This document shows positions 1 to 13,945 of a stretch of DNA of 64,000 bases, in pieces. The DNA lies in NCBI RefSeq assembly GCF_009914755.1, contig NC_060936.1; one strand, 5' to 3'. The DNA is from the human T2T-CHM13v2.0 reference genome, Homo sapiens. The notes below the pieces were generated by a model that saw only the letters and a list, made by a program, of their open reading frames with translations, made no database searches and had not been told where the DNA came from. The position numbers were made by a program, and so were the translations under genes. Every line of letters begins with the position of its first letter. Position 1 is the first letter of the stretch.

Positions 1-240
1 GGGTACATGTGCACAATGTGCAGGTTTGTTACATATGTATACATGTGCCATGTTGGTGTGCTGCACCCATTAACTTGTCATTTACATTAGGTGTATCTCC
101 TAATGCTATCCCTCCCCCCTCCCCCCACCCGACAACAGGCCCCGGTGTGTGATGTTCCATCATTCTCAGCAAACTATCGCAAGGACAAAAAACCAAACAC
201 CGCATGTTCTCACTCATAGGTGGGAACTGAACAATGAGAA
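1..240 (-). mobile_element. L1PA 3' end, 5'-truncated with 5' inversion (1-158 minus, 159-240 plus); runs off window start
   Basis: 1-158 is the reverse complement of the L1PA 3'UTR (gggtacatgtgcacaatgtgcaggtttgttac...ccggtgtgtgatgttcc). 159-240 is the adjacent upstream L1 segment in sense (atcattctcagcaaactatcgcaaggac...gaacaatgagaa). Confidence 0.9.
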
Positions 241-404
241 ATTTGCATCTTTCATAAGTACTTTCTTCACCTTTCATTTTCTCATTCTTCTAAGTATCTG
301 TGAATGCCAGAGACCAGCCCTGTGGCCAGCAATCTTCTGATGGCCCTGAGAATCTGCCCTGCAACATTATCTTCCTGCCCACTGTGCCATCATCCTAGAA
401 AATC

Positions 405-1238
405 TATTTTTTGGTATAAATTTAAGGGGCACAATTATAATTTTGTTACCTGGCTATATTACATAGTGGTGAAGTTTGGGCTTTTAGTGCATCTATCATC
501 TGAATAATATATCTTGTAATCATTAAGTAATTTCTCATCCCTCACTCTCCTTCCATCCCCGCACCCTTCCAAGTTTCCAACGATTATTATTTTATTCTCT
601 ATGTCCATCTGTACACATTTTTTAGCTCCCACATGTAAGTGAGAACATGGGGTATTTGCCTTTCTGAGTTGTTTCACTTAGGATAATGACCTTCAGTTCC
701 ATTCACTTTGCTGCAAAAGACATGATTTTATTCCTTTCTATGACTGGATAGTATTCCATTGTGTATATATACCACATTTTCTTTATCCAGTTATCTGCTG
801 ATGGAGACTTAGGTTGATTCCATGTTTCTGCTATTGTGGATAGTGCTGTGATAAACATATAAGTGTAGGTGTCTTTTTTATGTAATGATTTTTTTCCTTT
901 GGGTGGATGCTCAATAGTGGGATTGTTGGATCAAATGGTAAAGTTCTATTTTTAGTTCTTTGAGAATGCTCTATACTGTTTTCCATAGAGGTTGCATTAA
1001 TTTTAATTCCCACCAACAGTGTATGAGCATTACCTTTTCTCTGCATCTTTGCCAACATCTGTTATTTTTTCTTTTTAATGATAGCCATTCTGACTGGTAT
1101 AAGACGATATCTCATGGGGTTTTAATTTGCATTTCTCAAATGATTAGTGATGTTGAGCATTTTTTTCATATGCTTGTTGGCCATTTGTATGTCTTCTTTT
1201 GAGAAATGTCTATTCGTGGATTTTGCCTACTTTTTAAT
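405..1238 (-). mobile_element. Older L1 (L1MA/L1PB-like) 3' fragment
   Basis: Antisense L1 ORF2-end/3'UTR motifs (ttcccaccaacagtgtatgag; gttgagcatttttttcatatgcttgttggccatttgtatgtcttcttttgagaaatgtcta). ORF 831-1058(-) resembles the L1 ORF2 C-terminus. Confidence 0.85.
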
Positions 1239-1869
1239 GGGGTAATTGAGAAAATCCAATGTTAAACGGACATTTTTTAGTTGGCCAAATACAAAACACA
1301 GGATTTAGATTTTTGGACATTTTGAAGGAATGATGGATGCATGAAGAAAGAGCTTTACACACAGCCAAGGTGGGACATGACTCTTTGGAGATTGCTCTGC
1401 AGAATTCACAGCAGTGACACATCACCTCTCTGTTGTGTTGGTGTAATACACTCTGCAACAGGTCACCCAAACTCCCAGGCATTAGAAATCAAACTCACCT
1501 CTATAAACCAAAGATTTACAAAGGAGCTACTAATATGAACTCTCTTCAGCATTTTAGATAAATATACCATGTATCATTATTTAACATAATTATCAGCATA
1601 TTGCTAAATAGGTCTTCTTTCCTGCTTGGTGTTGAGTAAAATTGAATCAAGATGGTGCAGTGGGAAGACTATGCACTTTGTGTAGGGTTCTCAAAGGACT
1701 GTGTCCTGACTCTGTCATTAATAAGCTACCTGGCCCCTTGGGCATAACCCTGCTCATCTGTGAAATGAACTGACAGTAAAAGGTTCTTCCAGATCTTATG
1801 CTTGATAGATCTCTGATGATTCATATTCTTACATAAAAGTCTAAATTGCCTGGAATTATTAATTTCTGA

Positions 1870-2330
1870 TCTCATCCATTCCCTGCTCAGAATCTATGCA
1901 TCGCTCCCCACTGCTTTTAAAATTACCACCCAAATCCTTAGCCCCAGCTTCAAATCATGCGATGACCCTCAACATTGTCTTTCTTCTTTCCTAGTGATGG
2001 GTCACCAGTCTCATTTTTCCTTTGTGCCTGAATGAATATCCTCCTCTGTCTTGCTAACTCTTAGTCATTCTTCAGTTCTCTAGTCCAACATTCCTTACTC
2101 AGAAAATCTACCCTAACCACACAGAATGGACCAGCTCCCTGTGTTATAGGCTCTGGTACATATTGGTACTTTTCCACATAGCTTTCATGGCAGTTTGTGT
2201 TGCGGTGGGTTTCAGCAGGTGTATTTGGATACTGGCTCTCTCATGCTAGACTGATAAGACTGCAAGCTCTTGAGAAATAAATGTGTCCATTTTGTTCACC
2301 ATTGTACCCCGACCAGCATGGCACCTGGAG
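1870..2330 (+). mobile_element. L2 fragment(s)
   Basis: L2-like 3' motifs (ctagactg...aagctcttgag...ttttgttcaccattgtacccc...gcacctgg); highly diverged, boundaries approximate. Confidence 0.55.
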
Positions 2331-2902
2331 GATGAAAGGGAAGAGGGATACAGAAAGAAGTTGGGGGCAGAGATAGGGGAAACAACCTTCTAGACAAAGG
2401 AGGCAGCAAACACAAGGGTCCTGAGACAGAACAGATGTTAGTGTACAGACTGGAGAGTGAAAGAGGTAAAATCCAGAGGCAGAGAGAAGCCAGATCCATG
2501 TGGGGTCATGCAGGGGATCGTGAGGAGCCGGATCGTTTGACTAATTAAAACGGGCTGCCCCGCAAGGATGGCAGAAAGAGACACGATTTATGTTTCAAGG
2601 TCAAATAACCACTCTGGCTCTATGTGAAAACTGGATTGTGTGGAACATTCATAGAATCAGGAGGCTGGTGAATTTGCCCAGGTGAGAGATGGGCACTTAG
2701 GGGAGAGTGGTTAGCAGTGAAGATGGACAGAATTGGGTAGTTAGGGTTAGATTTCTGAGACAAAGCCTATGGGACTTGTGGTAGTTTGGTTGTTGGTGTC
2801 AGGGAAGGGAAGCATCACAGAAAACTCCTGAGTAACACCTTGACAATGAAGAGGCTTAAGGTGCCATTTACCACGTAGGAAAACCATGGTTGAGGGCCAG
2901 GT

Positions 2903-3287
2903 GATGGCCTAAATCATGTCCCATCTCCCACCCAAACTCAGGTGCCAAGGCCATAATCCCCAATGTGATTGCATTTGGAGACAGGGTCTGTAAGGAAGTA
3001 GTTGAGGTTAAGTGAGGTCATAAGGTTGGGGCCCTAATCTGGTAGGACAAGTGCCTTGATAAGAGGAAGAGACGCCCGGGGTGCACATGCACAGTGGAAA
3101 GACCATGTGAGGACACAGCAAAGGGCAGCCACGTGCAAGCCACGGAGAGAGGCCTTGGGAGAAACCAAACCTGCTGACACCTTGACCTTGGATGTCCAGC
3201 CTCCAGAACTGTGAGAAAATAAAGTTCTGGTGTTTAAGCCACCCAGTCTGTGGTATTTTGTTATGGCAACACTAGAAGACCTATACA
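2903..3287 (+). mobile_element. MaLR LTR, MLT1A/MLT1B-like
   Basis: ccccaatgtgattgcatttggagacaggg...cctgctgacaccttgaccttggatgtccagcctccagaactgtgagaaaataaag...ttttgttatggcaac...taca. Confidence 0.8.
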
Positions 3288-3934
3288 TTAGGTCTTGGAG
3301 GAAAAAAAATTGTTTTTAATATATTTCATGTAACATATTTTTAAACAATCAAATGGTGATGAGAGCCTTACTGTAGGTGAGACGCTCAGAAAAAGGTCTG
3401 GACTGTAAACAATAGGTGCTCAATGAATGTATGTTGAATGAATGCATGAATGAGCCATTTCTGAAAACTACCAGAATGGCAGGTATTTTCTTGCCACTAA
3501 GTATGTGGTTTTGAAGGACCATGACCTTGTAACCAGCCAAGAGAGGAACAAGTGAAACCGAGACCATCCAATTGTGTCTTTCTCTTGAGTCTATCCATGA
3601 TGGACAAGACTCAGTGAGAGCCAAATTTAAAAACAGAACCCAGAGGATGCCCTAGGAGTCCACGCTATCAGCATCCCAGCACATGCAGGAGTGTAGCCAA
3701 CTCGAGGGGCAGGCATGGTCATACTTAACTCACTTTTGTTCATTCATGGTGCTATGACTGGTCAGTCAGTGCATGAGTCTGTCTTTTCCTAAACTTTAAG
3801 CAATTCTCTACTTGTGACTCCTACCAAAGACTGAAAGACGCAATAGTCCTCTGGGAAGACCTCTTGTATCCATTCTTCAGTGGTAAACCAGAGAAACTGA
3901 TTTGGGCTAACTTAAGCAAGGAGAGAACATAGAA

Positions 3935-4426
3935 CAGTGGTCCCCAACCTTTTTGGCACCAAGGGACCAGTTTCATAGAAGATAGTTTTTCCATGGATCA
4001 GGGCAACAGGGATAGTTTTGGGATAATTCAAGCACATTACTTTTATTGGGCACTTTATTTCTATTACTCCTACATTGTAATATATAATGAAATAATTTTA
4101 CAACTCACCATCAGGTAGAAACAGTAGGAGCCCTGAGCTTGTTTTCCTACAACTAGATGGTCCCATCTAGGGGTGATGGGAGACAATGACAGATCATCAG
4201 AGGCAGTTAGATTCTCACAAAGAGCACACAACCTTGATCCCTCACATGTGCAGTTCACAGTAGGGTTCGTGCTCCTATGAGAATTTAATGCTGCCACTGA
4301 TCTGACAGGAGGAAAAGCTCAGGCAATAATGCTCATTTGCCTGCCACTCACCTCCCGCTGTGTAATCCAGTTCCTAACAGGCCATGGACCAATACCAGTA
4401 CATAGCCAGGGGGTTGGGAACTCCTG
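3935..4426. mobile_element. MER1A-like hAT-Charlie DNA transposon
   Basis: Terminal inverted repeats cagtggtccccaacc...ggttgggaactcctg, with typical MER1 internal sequence (ccacaacctagatccctc-like; gttcctaacaggccatggacc). Confidence 0.85.
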
Positions 4427-7400
4427 AGATAGGTGATAAAGTAGCTGAATAGTTAAAAAGCGTAAGAACACAGTTTCAAAGAGCACAAGAGCTAAGGAAA
4501 CAACCGGCCATCTTCTTAGGATGTGGCCACTGGAATGAGTCTATTTTCCATTGTTGCAACACTCTGCTAAAGACTCAAAGTTGAGAAAGAGCTGATAGAC
4601 TAGAATGAATTTTAGGTTCACTTTTGGTGAGGGAGTACTAGGATCTTTGACTAACTGTCCCCCACACAAGACCACATGCATTAAGGAAGAGCTCATTCTT
4701 CAAAAGATAAATTGGAGTGTTACTACCGAAAGAAATTGAATGGATACATGTGGGCAAAAATAGGTTGTCCACACAACCCAGGAGACAGGCAAATGGGACC
4801 GATCTATCACTATGTGAGCGGATCAGTTGACCACACCATGGTAGCTCAATTATGGGTGAGAGACAAAAACGTTCAGTAGCTTTACCGGCTGGAAGGACAG
4901 TGATTGAATGTGAGTTGATGACTTGCATAGTGCTGATGGAAGCTGTAGGAAAAGGCAAGGAGGAAGAGGGAACAGCATAGACACAGGATTGTCTTATACC
5001 CTGGGGAGGAGGGTACTCTAGTGTTAGGTCTTCAGGAACCTGGTTTATTGTTGTTGCTGTTGCTGTTTTTCTACCCAACTATCAGATGAAATAGCTACTT
5101 TATTGCATATTCAAACTATCCATGAGTTAAAGATGGAGATAGGAATGGAATTGAGAATGAGGCTGCAGATTAAGACACAAATGAATGGGGAGAAACAGGT
5201 ACAGAAAAAGATAATGTTGCAGTAATGCACATCAACTGGCTACTCCCTTCTCAGCCTCCATCTCCCCTTCAGGAACAGGACCCCACTCTTGGTCCATGTA
5301 GCTCCAGAGGGGTAACCTACATGAGGAGGCAGCCTAGTTCACTGCTGAATCCCCAAACCTAGAAAGGCACCCACAGCTAAACAATAATTTCTTACATTTC
5401 CTCAATGAATACCAAGATTAACAAATTGCAAACCATATGGATCACAAATTCTTAGATTATTTTTCTTTAGCTGTTTCTGTAAATCATGAACTCTTCTCTT
5501 GTAGAAGGCTTTCACCGCAGAGCCTGCAGAACAAAGATTCTTACTGTCATTCTTTCCACAAATCTACTGACAGCTCTATTAGGGCTTGGTTCAGAAAATA
5601 ATTACACACTGGCTTCCGCTCCACCAAAAATCCAAAGGAGTCAGTTTGGCAGGCGCCACAGCCCTGTCGGGCTGGACACTCATTTCTTCTTCTCTCTTCC
5701 TGAGTTAATCCCTCAACTGGCAAAATGTGCTGCTTTATCATTGGAGTTATTTATTTCACAAGGTCTGGAGACGACAGGCAATGCCAAGTCGGTTTTGTCC
5801 CTGGCCAATTATGAATGAGGCTGCATATCTGGCCTCTGTGCCCAGCCAGCCTTGTTCTGCTTCTTGGCCTCTGCTTCTAGTGTGCTCCATCATGGGCGCA
5901 AAGGTTGGGTCCAGCCATCAGCTGAGGGTGAAGGAGCCTATTCATCTTCTCAGGTGAGCTGAAATTGAGGTCAGACTTGGACACGAGGTGGCTAATTAGA
6001 AAGAAGCCCAGCTGCTGGGGAAAATAACTGCTTAAGTATACGATGGTTCTGAGTGTGGGCAGCTCCCCTGGGTATGTAAGGGTCGCTGGACTCTTGCTGG
6101 CCACAAACAACTCTGCTCGGTTCCACCCCAACCAGTAGCCCCGACCCACTGAGCAATATTTTTTGCAAAGGAAGATTTTTCTTCTTACTGTGGTCATTTT
6201 GCTCAGTGGAGTGGTTCTGCTTTTGTAGTGCAGAACAGTTCTCCACTGCCAAATCCGGTCCCTGTAAACTCCTCCTAGCTCAGCCAATTTAAGAAATTAA
6301 GTGACGGAAATCAAAACAGGAGGAAGGGAGAGAAACGTGTCATGAAGAGGAAAAAAAAAAGAAAAAAAAAACCACACACACAAGCATCACATTTTTTCCC
6401 TTTCTTTGAATATCCTGAAAATTGCAAAAAAAAAAAAAAAAGTGTTTTTATGTGTGTGTGTGAAGTTGGTGAGACATTCCTCTCTCGGTAATTTGAATCT
6501 AAACAGCACGTTGCTTTCAAGCTCATAATAGCCGAAATCTGAGGAGCCACTGCATATGTATGTTTTAAAAAGCTGCAAGTGTTTGGAAAAATAGGTGTCT
6601 TTTGCACCACGTGCCACACCTGAATAAGAAAGAAGCCCTGAGGGCAGGTGCAAAAGCCTCAAGAACATACTGCAGAAGAGGGCAGTGGCGGAAAATGTGC
6701 CTGAAGCTCAATTGCTCTAGAAGCCAAGAAAAGGGGGCTGGCCCATGAATTCTGCTTGGCCAGAGCCAGCGGATGCAAACATTTCCTCCTCCTGCCAGCC
6801 CCCCACGCTCTGTGGGAGATGGTAGAAGGCCAGGATCTTCAAAGGGAGATCAACAATTGGCCCTCAGCTCAATATCAACTAGAAGCCAGGATAGCTAATT
6901 TGTTTGGCTCATTCCCTGAGACCCTCTAATATTCAGAAAAGGAGGCCTGGGACATTTTTAAATGAAGTCCCAGAAGAGAGAATAAAGTATCTAAATCATT
7001 AAGGATTTCCCAGGAATTTCACTGAAGAGTTTGGGGATGGCTGGATGAGGTTCAAAATGACTTTGGAGAATGGGGAGAAAGAAAAAACCAAAAAGAAAAT
7101 AATCTAGTCTCACTTTTTTTCGATTTTTTTTCCTTTGTGTTTTTAAAGAAATCATGTTCTACAGAAAAAGACAACTTCTAAGGCAGAAACTCAATTGGCA
7201 TTTATTTCCTTTGCAGGAGGAAGGCTGGTGATTTAAACACAACTCATAATGGTGTGGGGAATCTTTTCTGTAAACATTCTAATGAAAATAGAAATTAAGC
7301 TTACTATTACTTGGTAGAAACACAAATATCAGCTTAGTGACCAACCAGCTTCTAGTTACTGGAATTGGCCGGTGTCTCCCTCCTCCCCCTGTAAATTAAA

Positions 7401-7797
7401 GACCGCATTCATTAATGAATAATTAAATACATAAAAGTATATCTAAGCTGAACATTACTGTCATCTTTGCTAAGTGTCTTTTTAGTTAGGTTAATCTCAT
7501 TTTGATTTCATTAACACCATTCTCTCCCCAGTGGTCCCTATATTTTGTCAGAGGCAGGACACAGAAAACAAATACTTTTCTCTGTGCATTTTGCTGCATT
7601 TCTGTTTATTTTGAAAGACTCCATGAAATAATTACTTCACTTCTACCACCAAGGCCCAAACTTTTAGAATGTCTCCAGAGTACCAATCATATAGCAATTT
7701 AAAAATCATAATACTACTTATCACTTTAGTTTCCTTGACTACTTTTGGCATGGTCACTTTGAAATATCACTCATTTGGAAAAAAGCAAAACCAAGTA

Positions 7798-7873
7798 CAG
7801 GCTGAATATCCCTAATCCCAAAACCCAAAACACTTCCAGCCCCAAGCATTTTGGATAAAAGATACTTAACCTG
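7798..7873. mobile_element. 76-bp Tigger4/MER46-like MITE (TIR-only remnant)
   Basis: TA-caggctgaatatccct...aagatacttaacctg-TA: imperfect TIRs flanked by TA dinucleotides, as expected for TcMar-Tigger. Confidence 0.7.
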
Positions 7874-8769
7874 TACTCTGCAAATTTTCCCTCCATGTAT
7901 GTGATCACAGTGGAATTGTGTTTTTTTCCCCCTCAAAAGCTTACAGCATATGCAAGTTAACCACAAATCTAGAAGACTCCATGAAGTCAATGAGCTGAAA
8001 TACTGTCAGACAAATGGCACACAAACATTAACTACAAGCTCAATTATGGAGAACACAGAACAGCAGACTCCTCTTGAGGTTATTAGTGACTGTGATGCTA
8101 CCATCTTTAATTATGCCTCTGCTGTCTATTCCAGAACACTAACTCTTTAGAAAAGTAATGCACAGAAATTCTTTATTAATCACCAGTGGGAGATGCACTC
8201 ACCCAAATAGTTGTAGTTTGCTAATGTGTTTACTTTCAAAATCTTGAAACCTATTAAGAAATCTGCCCACAGGAAAACTCACTGACTGCTAACACCAAAT
8301 CAACTTTAATGATGGTAGAAAGCTTTGTTGTTACCAATTACCCACGGCATAGCCTTCTAAGAAATGGTTGGGGGAGGGAAGAGAAGGCTGGATCCATGGA
8401 CGTATTTAGACTGTCTATTGGATATTTGCATGAATAAATTCCTCTGCATTTGAGTTGCAGTTGAGAGGACTCACAGTTTCATAGGTGGATAGAGTCACAT
8501 CGGGATGCCATAGACTCTATTCACACCTAAGACACTCATCATCAGTTAAATGGAAGCAGGTGAAAGTGGAAAAAAAATCAATGCTAGCTTCCCTATTCAG
8601 AACTTACAAGAGCTTTTTAAAAAGATAGTGTGCATCAAAGAAGGGGGAAATAAAATGGGAGATAGGCAGACTTCATGGGAAGATGACTTTAATTCTATCA
8701 GAGGTAAAAGAAAAATGGTCCTCTCTGAAAAGGTAACAAATGAATGGAAAATATAGGACATGACAATTT

Positions 8770-9096
8770 GATAATCAAAGCCCCAAGGCACCCTTGGCTC
8801 TCATGCCCAAGTCTCATCTGACTTAAGGCTGCCATGCTGTAGGGAAGCCCTGTGTAGGTGTTTCCAGCTTAGGCAAAAGACATGAGAGTGAAGGGGCCTT
8901 TAGATGACTTGATAATTTCAGTTCCTAGCCAGAAGTCTTCCCAGTTGAGACCCAGGACATCAGGCAGTAGAGAAAAGCCACCCTTAAGGAGCCCTGTCCA
9001 AATTTCTGACCCATACATCCCATGGCCATAATAAAAAAAATTAAAGTGCTGAGTTTTGCAGTACACTGCTATGCGGAAATTGCATCTGGAAAACAG
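8770..9096 (+). mobile_element. MLT1-type LTR 3' part
   Basis: gccatgctgtagggaagccc...ccctgtccaaatttctgacccat...3' end pattern; diverged. Confidence 0.55.
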
Positions 9097-9249
9097 GGGT
9101 TTCAAGTCTTGACCTGAGGGAAGGAGCTGAGATTGTTTTGAAGAACTTTGCAGTGTGTGTTCAGTTCTCAGGCTAATCATTTATAAATTTAAATGACAAA
9201 AATTGAGAGGATAGGGAATTAGTTCAAGACAACTTTTAGCCCTCTAAGA

Positions 9250-9600
9250 GATTCTTTGGGGGTATTTGGGGAAATTTAAATATAGACTAGATAATAGAAG
9301 ATATTATGGAATTACTGTTATTCTGGTAAACAGTGATAGTAGTATTACAGTTATGCATGGAAAATATCCATTACTATTTTTAGGAGCTGTTTCTGAACTA
9401 TTAAGAGATAAGGCACCCTGTGTCTTCATGTCTTCAGGTCACTTTCAAGTGTCTCAACTTCAGCAAGAAATGAGAGAGAGAGGAAGAAAAGAAGTAAACA
9501 TGGCAAAAATGTAGCAATTATTGGATCTAGATGGAGGCTATTTGGATGTCCAGTGTAGCACTCTTTCTCTATTTCATAGGGATGAAAATAAAATGTGGAA
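9250..9600 (+). mobile_element. Ancient L1M (L1MC/ME-like) 3' fragment
   Basis: ggggaaatttaaatatagactagata...aaacatggcaaaaatg...ggatctagatggagg pattern. Confidence 0.5.
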
Positions 9601-11353
9601 GAAAAAAAAGTGGGAGGGGAGAAGAATTTTCATTGACCTCTCAGAATTGTGAGAAGCGGAAGAATGAAAATGACTGCAGAATAGAAGACTGAAAACTCTC
9701 ATAGAATTACTGTCAGTCCTGGTCCAATACACTGATCAGTTTATTTAGAACCAAGATGACAGGCAATTAGCTATATTGATAACACCTGGAATTTAGCAAA
9801 ATAGGCAATTAGTTCAATAATAGTGATCAAAACAGAGCCAGGGCTTATCTCTCCCCTAATGATTATATGACAGCAAACCTGAATGCCTATAGGGACTAGG
9901 AAAATCCCTGAATGCAGAAACTCAAAGGTTTAGGATGATAATGAAAGAAAATTGTAAGGGCTTTCTGGACCCAGCTCCAGTCCACTGTTACCACCCAGGG
10001 ACATCAGCCAAGTGTTCTCTGATCTTCCAATGTTTTTCAAAGCCAAAAAGTTACAATTGTTATACAAGACCTTATAGTTTCAAAATGCTGACAATGAATG
10101 TAAAAATGTGAAAATACAGTGCAGGCCAAATAAAAGACAACTCCACGTCTCATTATTCAACCCAGAAGCTTTAGTTTGAGACTTATGCTACATTGCATCG
10201 TGGCTGATTGGTTGATTCCACTTTTTGCCCCTCACGGTAGTATTGGATACAGCTAAAATGCAAGCTGTAGAGGCTGAAGTGATGATTGCCTTGGTGTGAC
10301 ACCCTGCTCTCCTCTAGTGATGATACCTGCCTCTCTGCAGCTACACTCTGCAGAGTGTAAAGTGTCTCCACTATAGGTCCAGGACTCTCCTTTCCTCCAT
10401 AACGTCTTCCCCACTAAATGTCCAGGATCCCGTCCTCCTTCCCTGAGAGTTTAATTACATCCTGGCACCAGCCGGGGAAGTTTCGCCCACAGTGTAACTT
10501 GAGTCGTTAGGAGACAGATTGATGCCATTGCTGTGGAGTGGTCATTGAGTGATGGATTGGAGGAAGGACAGCAAGGGTGATGGCTGTGTGGATGACTGGT
10601 AGAGAGTGGGCTTCCTGGGGAGGCTGTGTGTAGCCCTGCCTGTGAAGTGGTGTTGACTGTGGTTCTCAAAGCCGTCTCTCCCTTGTCACATCTCTTTGCT
10701 CTTTTCTCCTTTATCCCATTCTATTTCAGGGAAATACTTTCTAGTCTTGGTAGAAGGAACTCAGGATGTCATTTATTGTGTTTATTTTATACCTCAATTT
10801 CTCTTAGAGCCCAGCTTCTAAGGTTCAAACTCTTTTTTATGCCGCTACATTTCTTCTTTGAATTAATGCCAGTTGCACAGACACCCCCGACCCCATCATC
10901 CAGATGGAAAATAATGCCAAGTATAAAAAGATAGAAGATAGCAAGAAGAAAAAAAGATCAATATACTAAACAATATTTCATACAACATAAACAGAATAGA
11001 TAAAAATCGGAAATTCAAAAAAGAGAAATCAAAAGTAGGAAAATAAATTCGGGAAAAAGATTAGTCCGTTAAAAAACTCACTTTAATTACCTTGGAGAGG
11101 GCCATTGATTTAACTCAGAGCTTCTCAGAATCTATATTTATCATGAGGTCCTACCTGTACAAACATCAGACTTCATGTCAAATGCAGATACCCCTTCCAA
11201 ATAGAAGTCAGGTTCCAAAAAGGTTGGCTGAGGAAAACTTCAGGGAGATAGAACTATGTCATAGTTAAAGCTTGCTCCCTTTTGTTGCTGTTGTTGTGTT
11301 ATTGTTATTCTCTAATTGGAGAACAATGGTCAAACCTATGACCACATGTAAGC

Positions 11354-11476
11354 CAGCAACCCAGAAGACTTGGGTCTACATCCTGGTTAGAGAGTACAAG
11401 GCTCAGGCTCTCAAAATCTCGGTTGCCCACCCCTTTGTGTACCAGGTACAAGCTGCCCTCCAAACATAAATGCCTC
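11354..11476 (+). repeat. 123-bp dispersed direct repeat, copy 1 (copy 2 at 15787-15909)
   Basis: Hand alignment gives 114/123 identical with no gaps. Confidence 0.95.
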
Positions 11477-11659
11477 AAACCTATAACACTTGTTCTCCAG
11501 TAAGTATAACAAGAGAGTCTCTTTTCTCTAGACCCTGCTAGAACAATGGTCATAGCAGGGTCCAGAGATAAGAGATGGCTTGGTCTCCAGCACCATTTGG
11601 TAGCAGGGGAGAATGGAGGGAGAGGGGCTCAACAGTCATGGCTATGAAGCCATTATGTA

Positions 11660-12034
11660 TGCTATGCTTTGAATGTATGTGTCCCTCCAAATTTCATATG
11701 TTGCAACTTAAACCCCAAGATGATGGTATCAAGAGATTGGGCCTTTGGGAGGTGACTAGGTCATGAGGGTGGAGCCTTTATAAATGAGATTAATGCACTT
11801 ATAGCAGGACTGGGGGAAATTAGTGAGGCCCTTTGCCCTTCCGCTCTTCTGTCATGTAAGGATGCAGCAACAAGGCACCATCTTGGAGGCAGAGAGCAGC
11901 CCTCACCAGACACCAAGCCTGGTGCCTTGATCTTGGACTTCACAGCCTCCAGAACCATAAGAAATAAATTTCCATTGCTTATTAATTACTCAATCTCTGG
12001 TATTTTGTTGTAGCAACACGAACAGACTAAGACA
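11660..12034 (+). mobile_element. MaLR LTR (MLT1A0/MSTD-like), full length
   Basis: tgctatgctttgaatgtatgtgtccctccaaatttcatatgttg...aagaaataaatttc...gactaagaca termini. Confidence 0.85.
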
Positions 12035-13043
12035 GCATAAGTGGCCACATTGGGATGTCTCAGTTCAATGATCTAACCAGTTCAAACCTAGGCTTATGAG
12101 TCTACATTGGGACTGACATTCTATGGCTTTGCTACTGAGAGAATGTGCTGATCAGTAAATGTGGTTTATGGGATATCAGCAGATCTGATCTAACTGTACA
12201 AGTGGCACAGCTTATTTAGAGGTAGAAGCGGAAAGGTCTTTGTGAAGTCAGCACTTTTTTCAAGGTGCCAGAATCAATGAAATCTGGACTTATATTCACA
12301 AGACACACAGATGGTTCTCATGTGCATTTTTAAGATCTAGAGCTGTCCTGATAGTTATAACATCTCTTCTCTCTGGAAGCTGCAGATTTAGGTAGAAAGG
12401 AATCTTTTCTTGTGGCTCTTGGATGTGAAGCTTATGGTTCCATTTCTCATTGAGCATTTATAAATGAACCTTATGAATTATTATTTTAAAAAACAGATGC
12501 CAGGTTCCATTAAGATAAATATATAGGTATTGTTGCTTCTTTCCCATGTGTTGTATCTTTTTGTTTTGTTTTGTTTTCTGAAGCTGTTACTTAAAGATTC
12601 ACCAGACCTCAGAAACTTGTCAGTAATAAGCCTTTTCATTTGCTTTTACAAGCAGCATGCAGAACTACCAAGATCACAAATAAGCTGCCTCCTGTCCCTG
12701 GAAGTCTCCCAGATCCTCTTCTGCTTTTCCTTCTCTCCCTGCTGATCTTTTCTTTCTGGGCCATGGCTCTAACCTCAGGCTCTCAGCCCCTGATTCAGAT
12801 GTTTGGTTGGGAACAACAGTTTGGAGTCCCCTCTCTATGTCCTGCCTCCAACCACAAGCACCTGCCCCCAAACTTCTCCAAAGCATATCACCTAAGGACA
12901 CTAACACCAAGCAGCCCCTGGACTACCACTGAGGTGCCCTTGAGTGCCTTAAGTGCTGCAGCTAAAATCATATTATTTGGGTAAAGAATTACACAAAACA
13001 AGAAGAGGTAAGAAATCAATTTCATTCTCCACTACCCTAAACA

Positions 13044-13080
13044 CATGCACACGCACGCACGCACACACACACACGCACAC
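13044..13080. repeat. (CGCA)n/(CA)n compound microsatellite
   Basis: catgcacacgcacgcacgcacacacacacacgcacac. Confidence 0.9.
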
Positions 13081-13210
13081 CCCAATTCTCCTCTAGTGAA
13101 GGTTTTTTATCAGCAGGTAGAGGTGGTAAACCCTCTTCATTCAAACACACATAAAGTCAAGACACTGAGGCTCCACCTCATCCCAGGTTTGGGGGAGGGC
13201 AAAAAAAAAT

Positions 13211-13440
13211 GCCATGTTGAGTGAGGAGAGGGCATGGGTGGCCATGCTGGGTGAGGAAGAGGGTATGGGTAGCCATGTTAGGTGAGGAAAGGGTATGGAC
13301 AACCATGTTAGCTGAGGAGAAGACATGAGTGGCCATGTTGGGTGAAGGGAGAGTATGGACAGTCATGCTGGCTGAGGAGAGGGTATGGACAACTTGTTAG
13401 GTGAGGAGAGGGTATGGGCTGCCATGTTGGGTGAGGGGAT
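13211..13440. repeat. ~30-bp degenerate minisatellite, ~7.7 copies
   Basis: Consensus ~gccatgttgggtgaggagagggtatggaca repeated. Confidence 0.9.
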
Positions 13441-13945
13441 AATGTTGGTTAACATTTACAAGATCCTAAGCACATTGGGCTCATAATTCCATTGCATTGC
13501 CTATCTACTTCCCCTTTTCCCACTGAAGAAGAAGCTACTGATATAACCGTCTTTGTGCAACCACAATATTTTTCTTTAATCATTGTTTTGAGAAAAACGT
13601 ATTAGGAGAAGCCTTATAGGTACCCTAGGAAAGGTCATCCAGGTAATGATAAAAAGCTTCACAGAAATCATGAAGCTCCTGAGAGAATAGAAAATCCCAA
13701 GTGCTTTCTTCCTGAAGGGCTTAATAAACCAATCAATGGCTGGCTCTGGCCTCATCTTTTCAGCCTATTTGTTGCACAGATGATGGAGAAGTTTTGATAC
13801 TTGCAGTGACAGGTGGCAACTCACAAGCTAATGGGAGCTGGCTGATTTGAAGGCAGAGGCTGTGCAGTGTATCATGTTCCGTGACACTTAGTGGCTATAC
13901 TCTGCTCCAAATAGAGAACACCAGCCAATGAAGTTTCTTCTGAGG

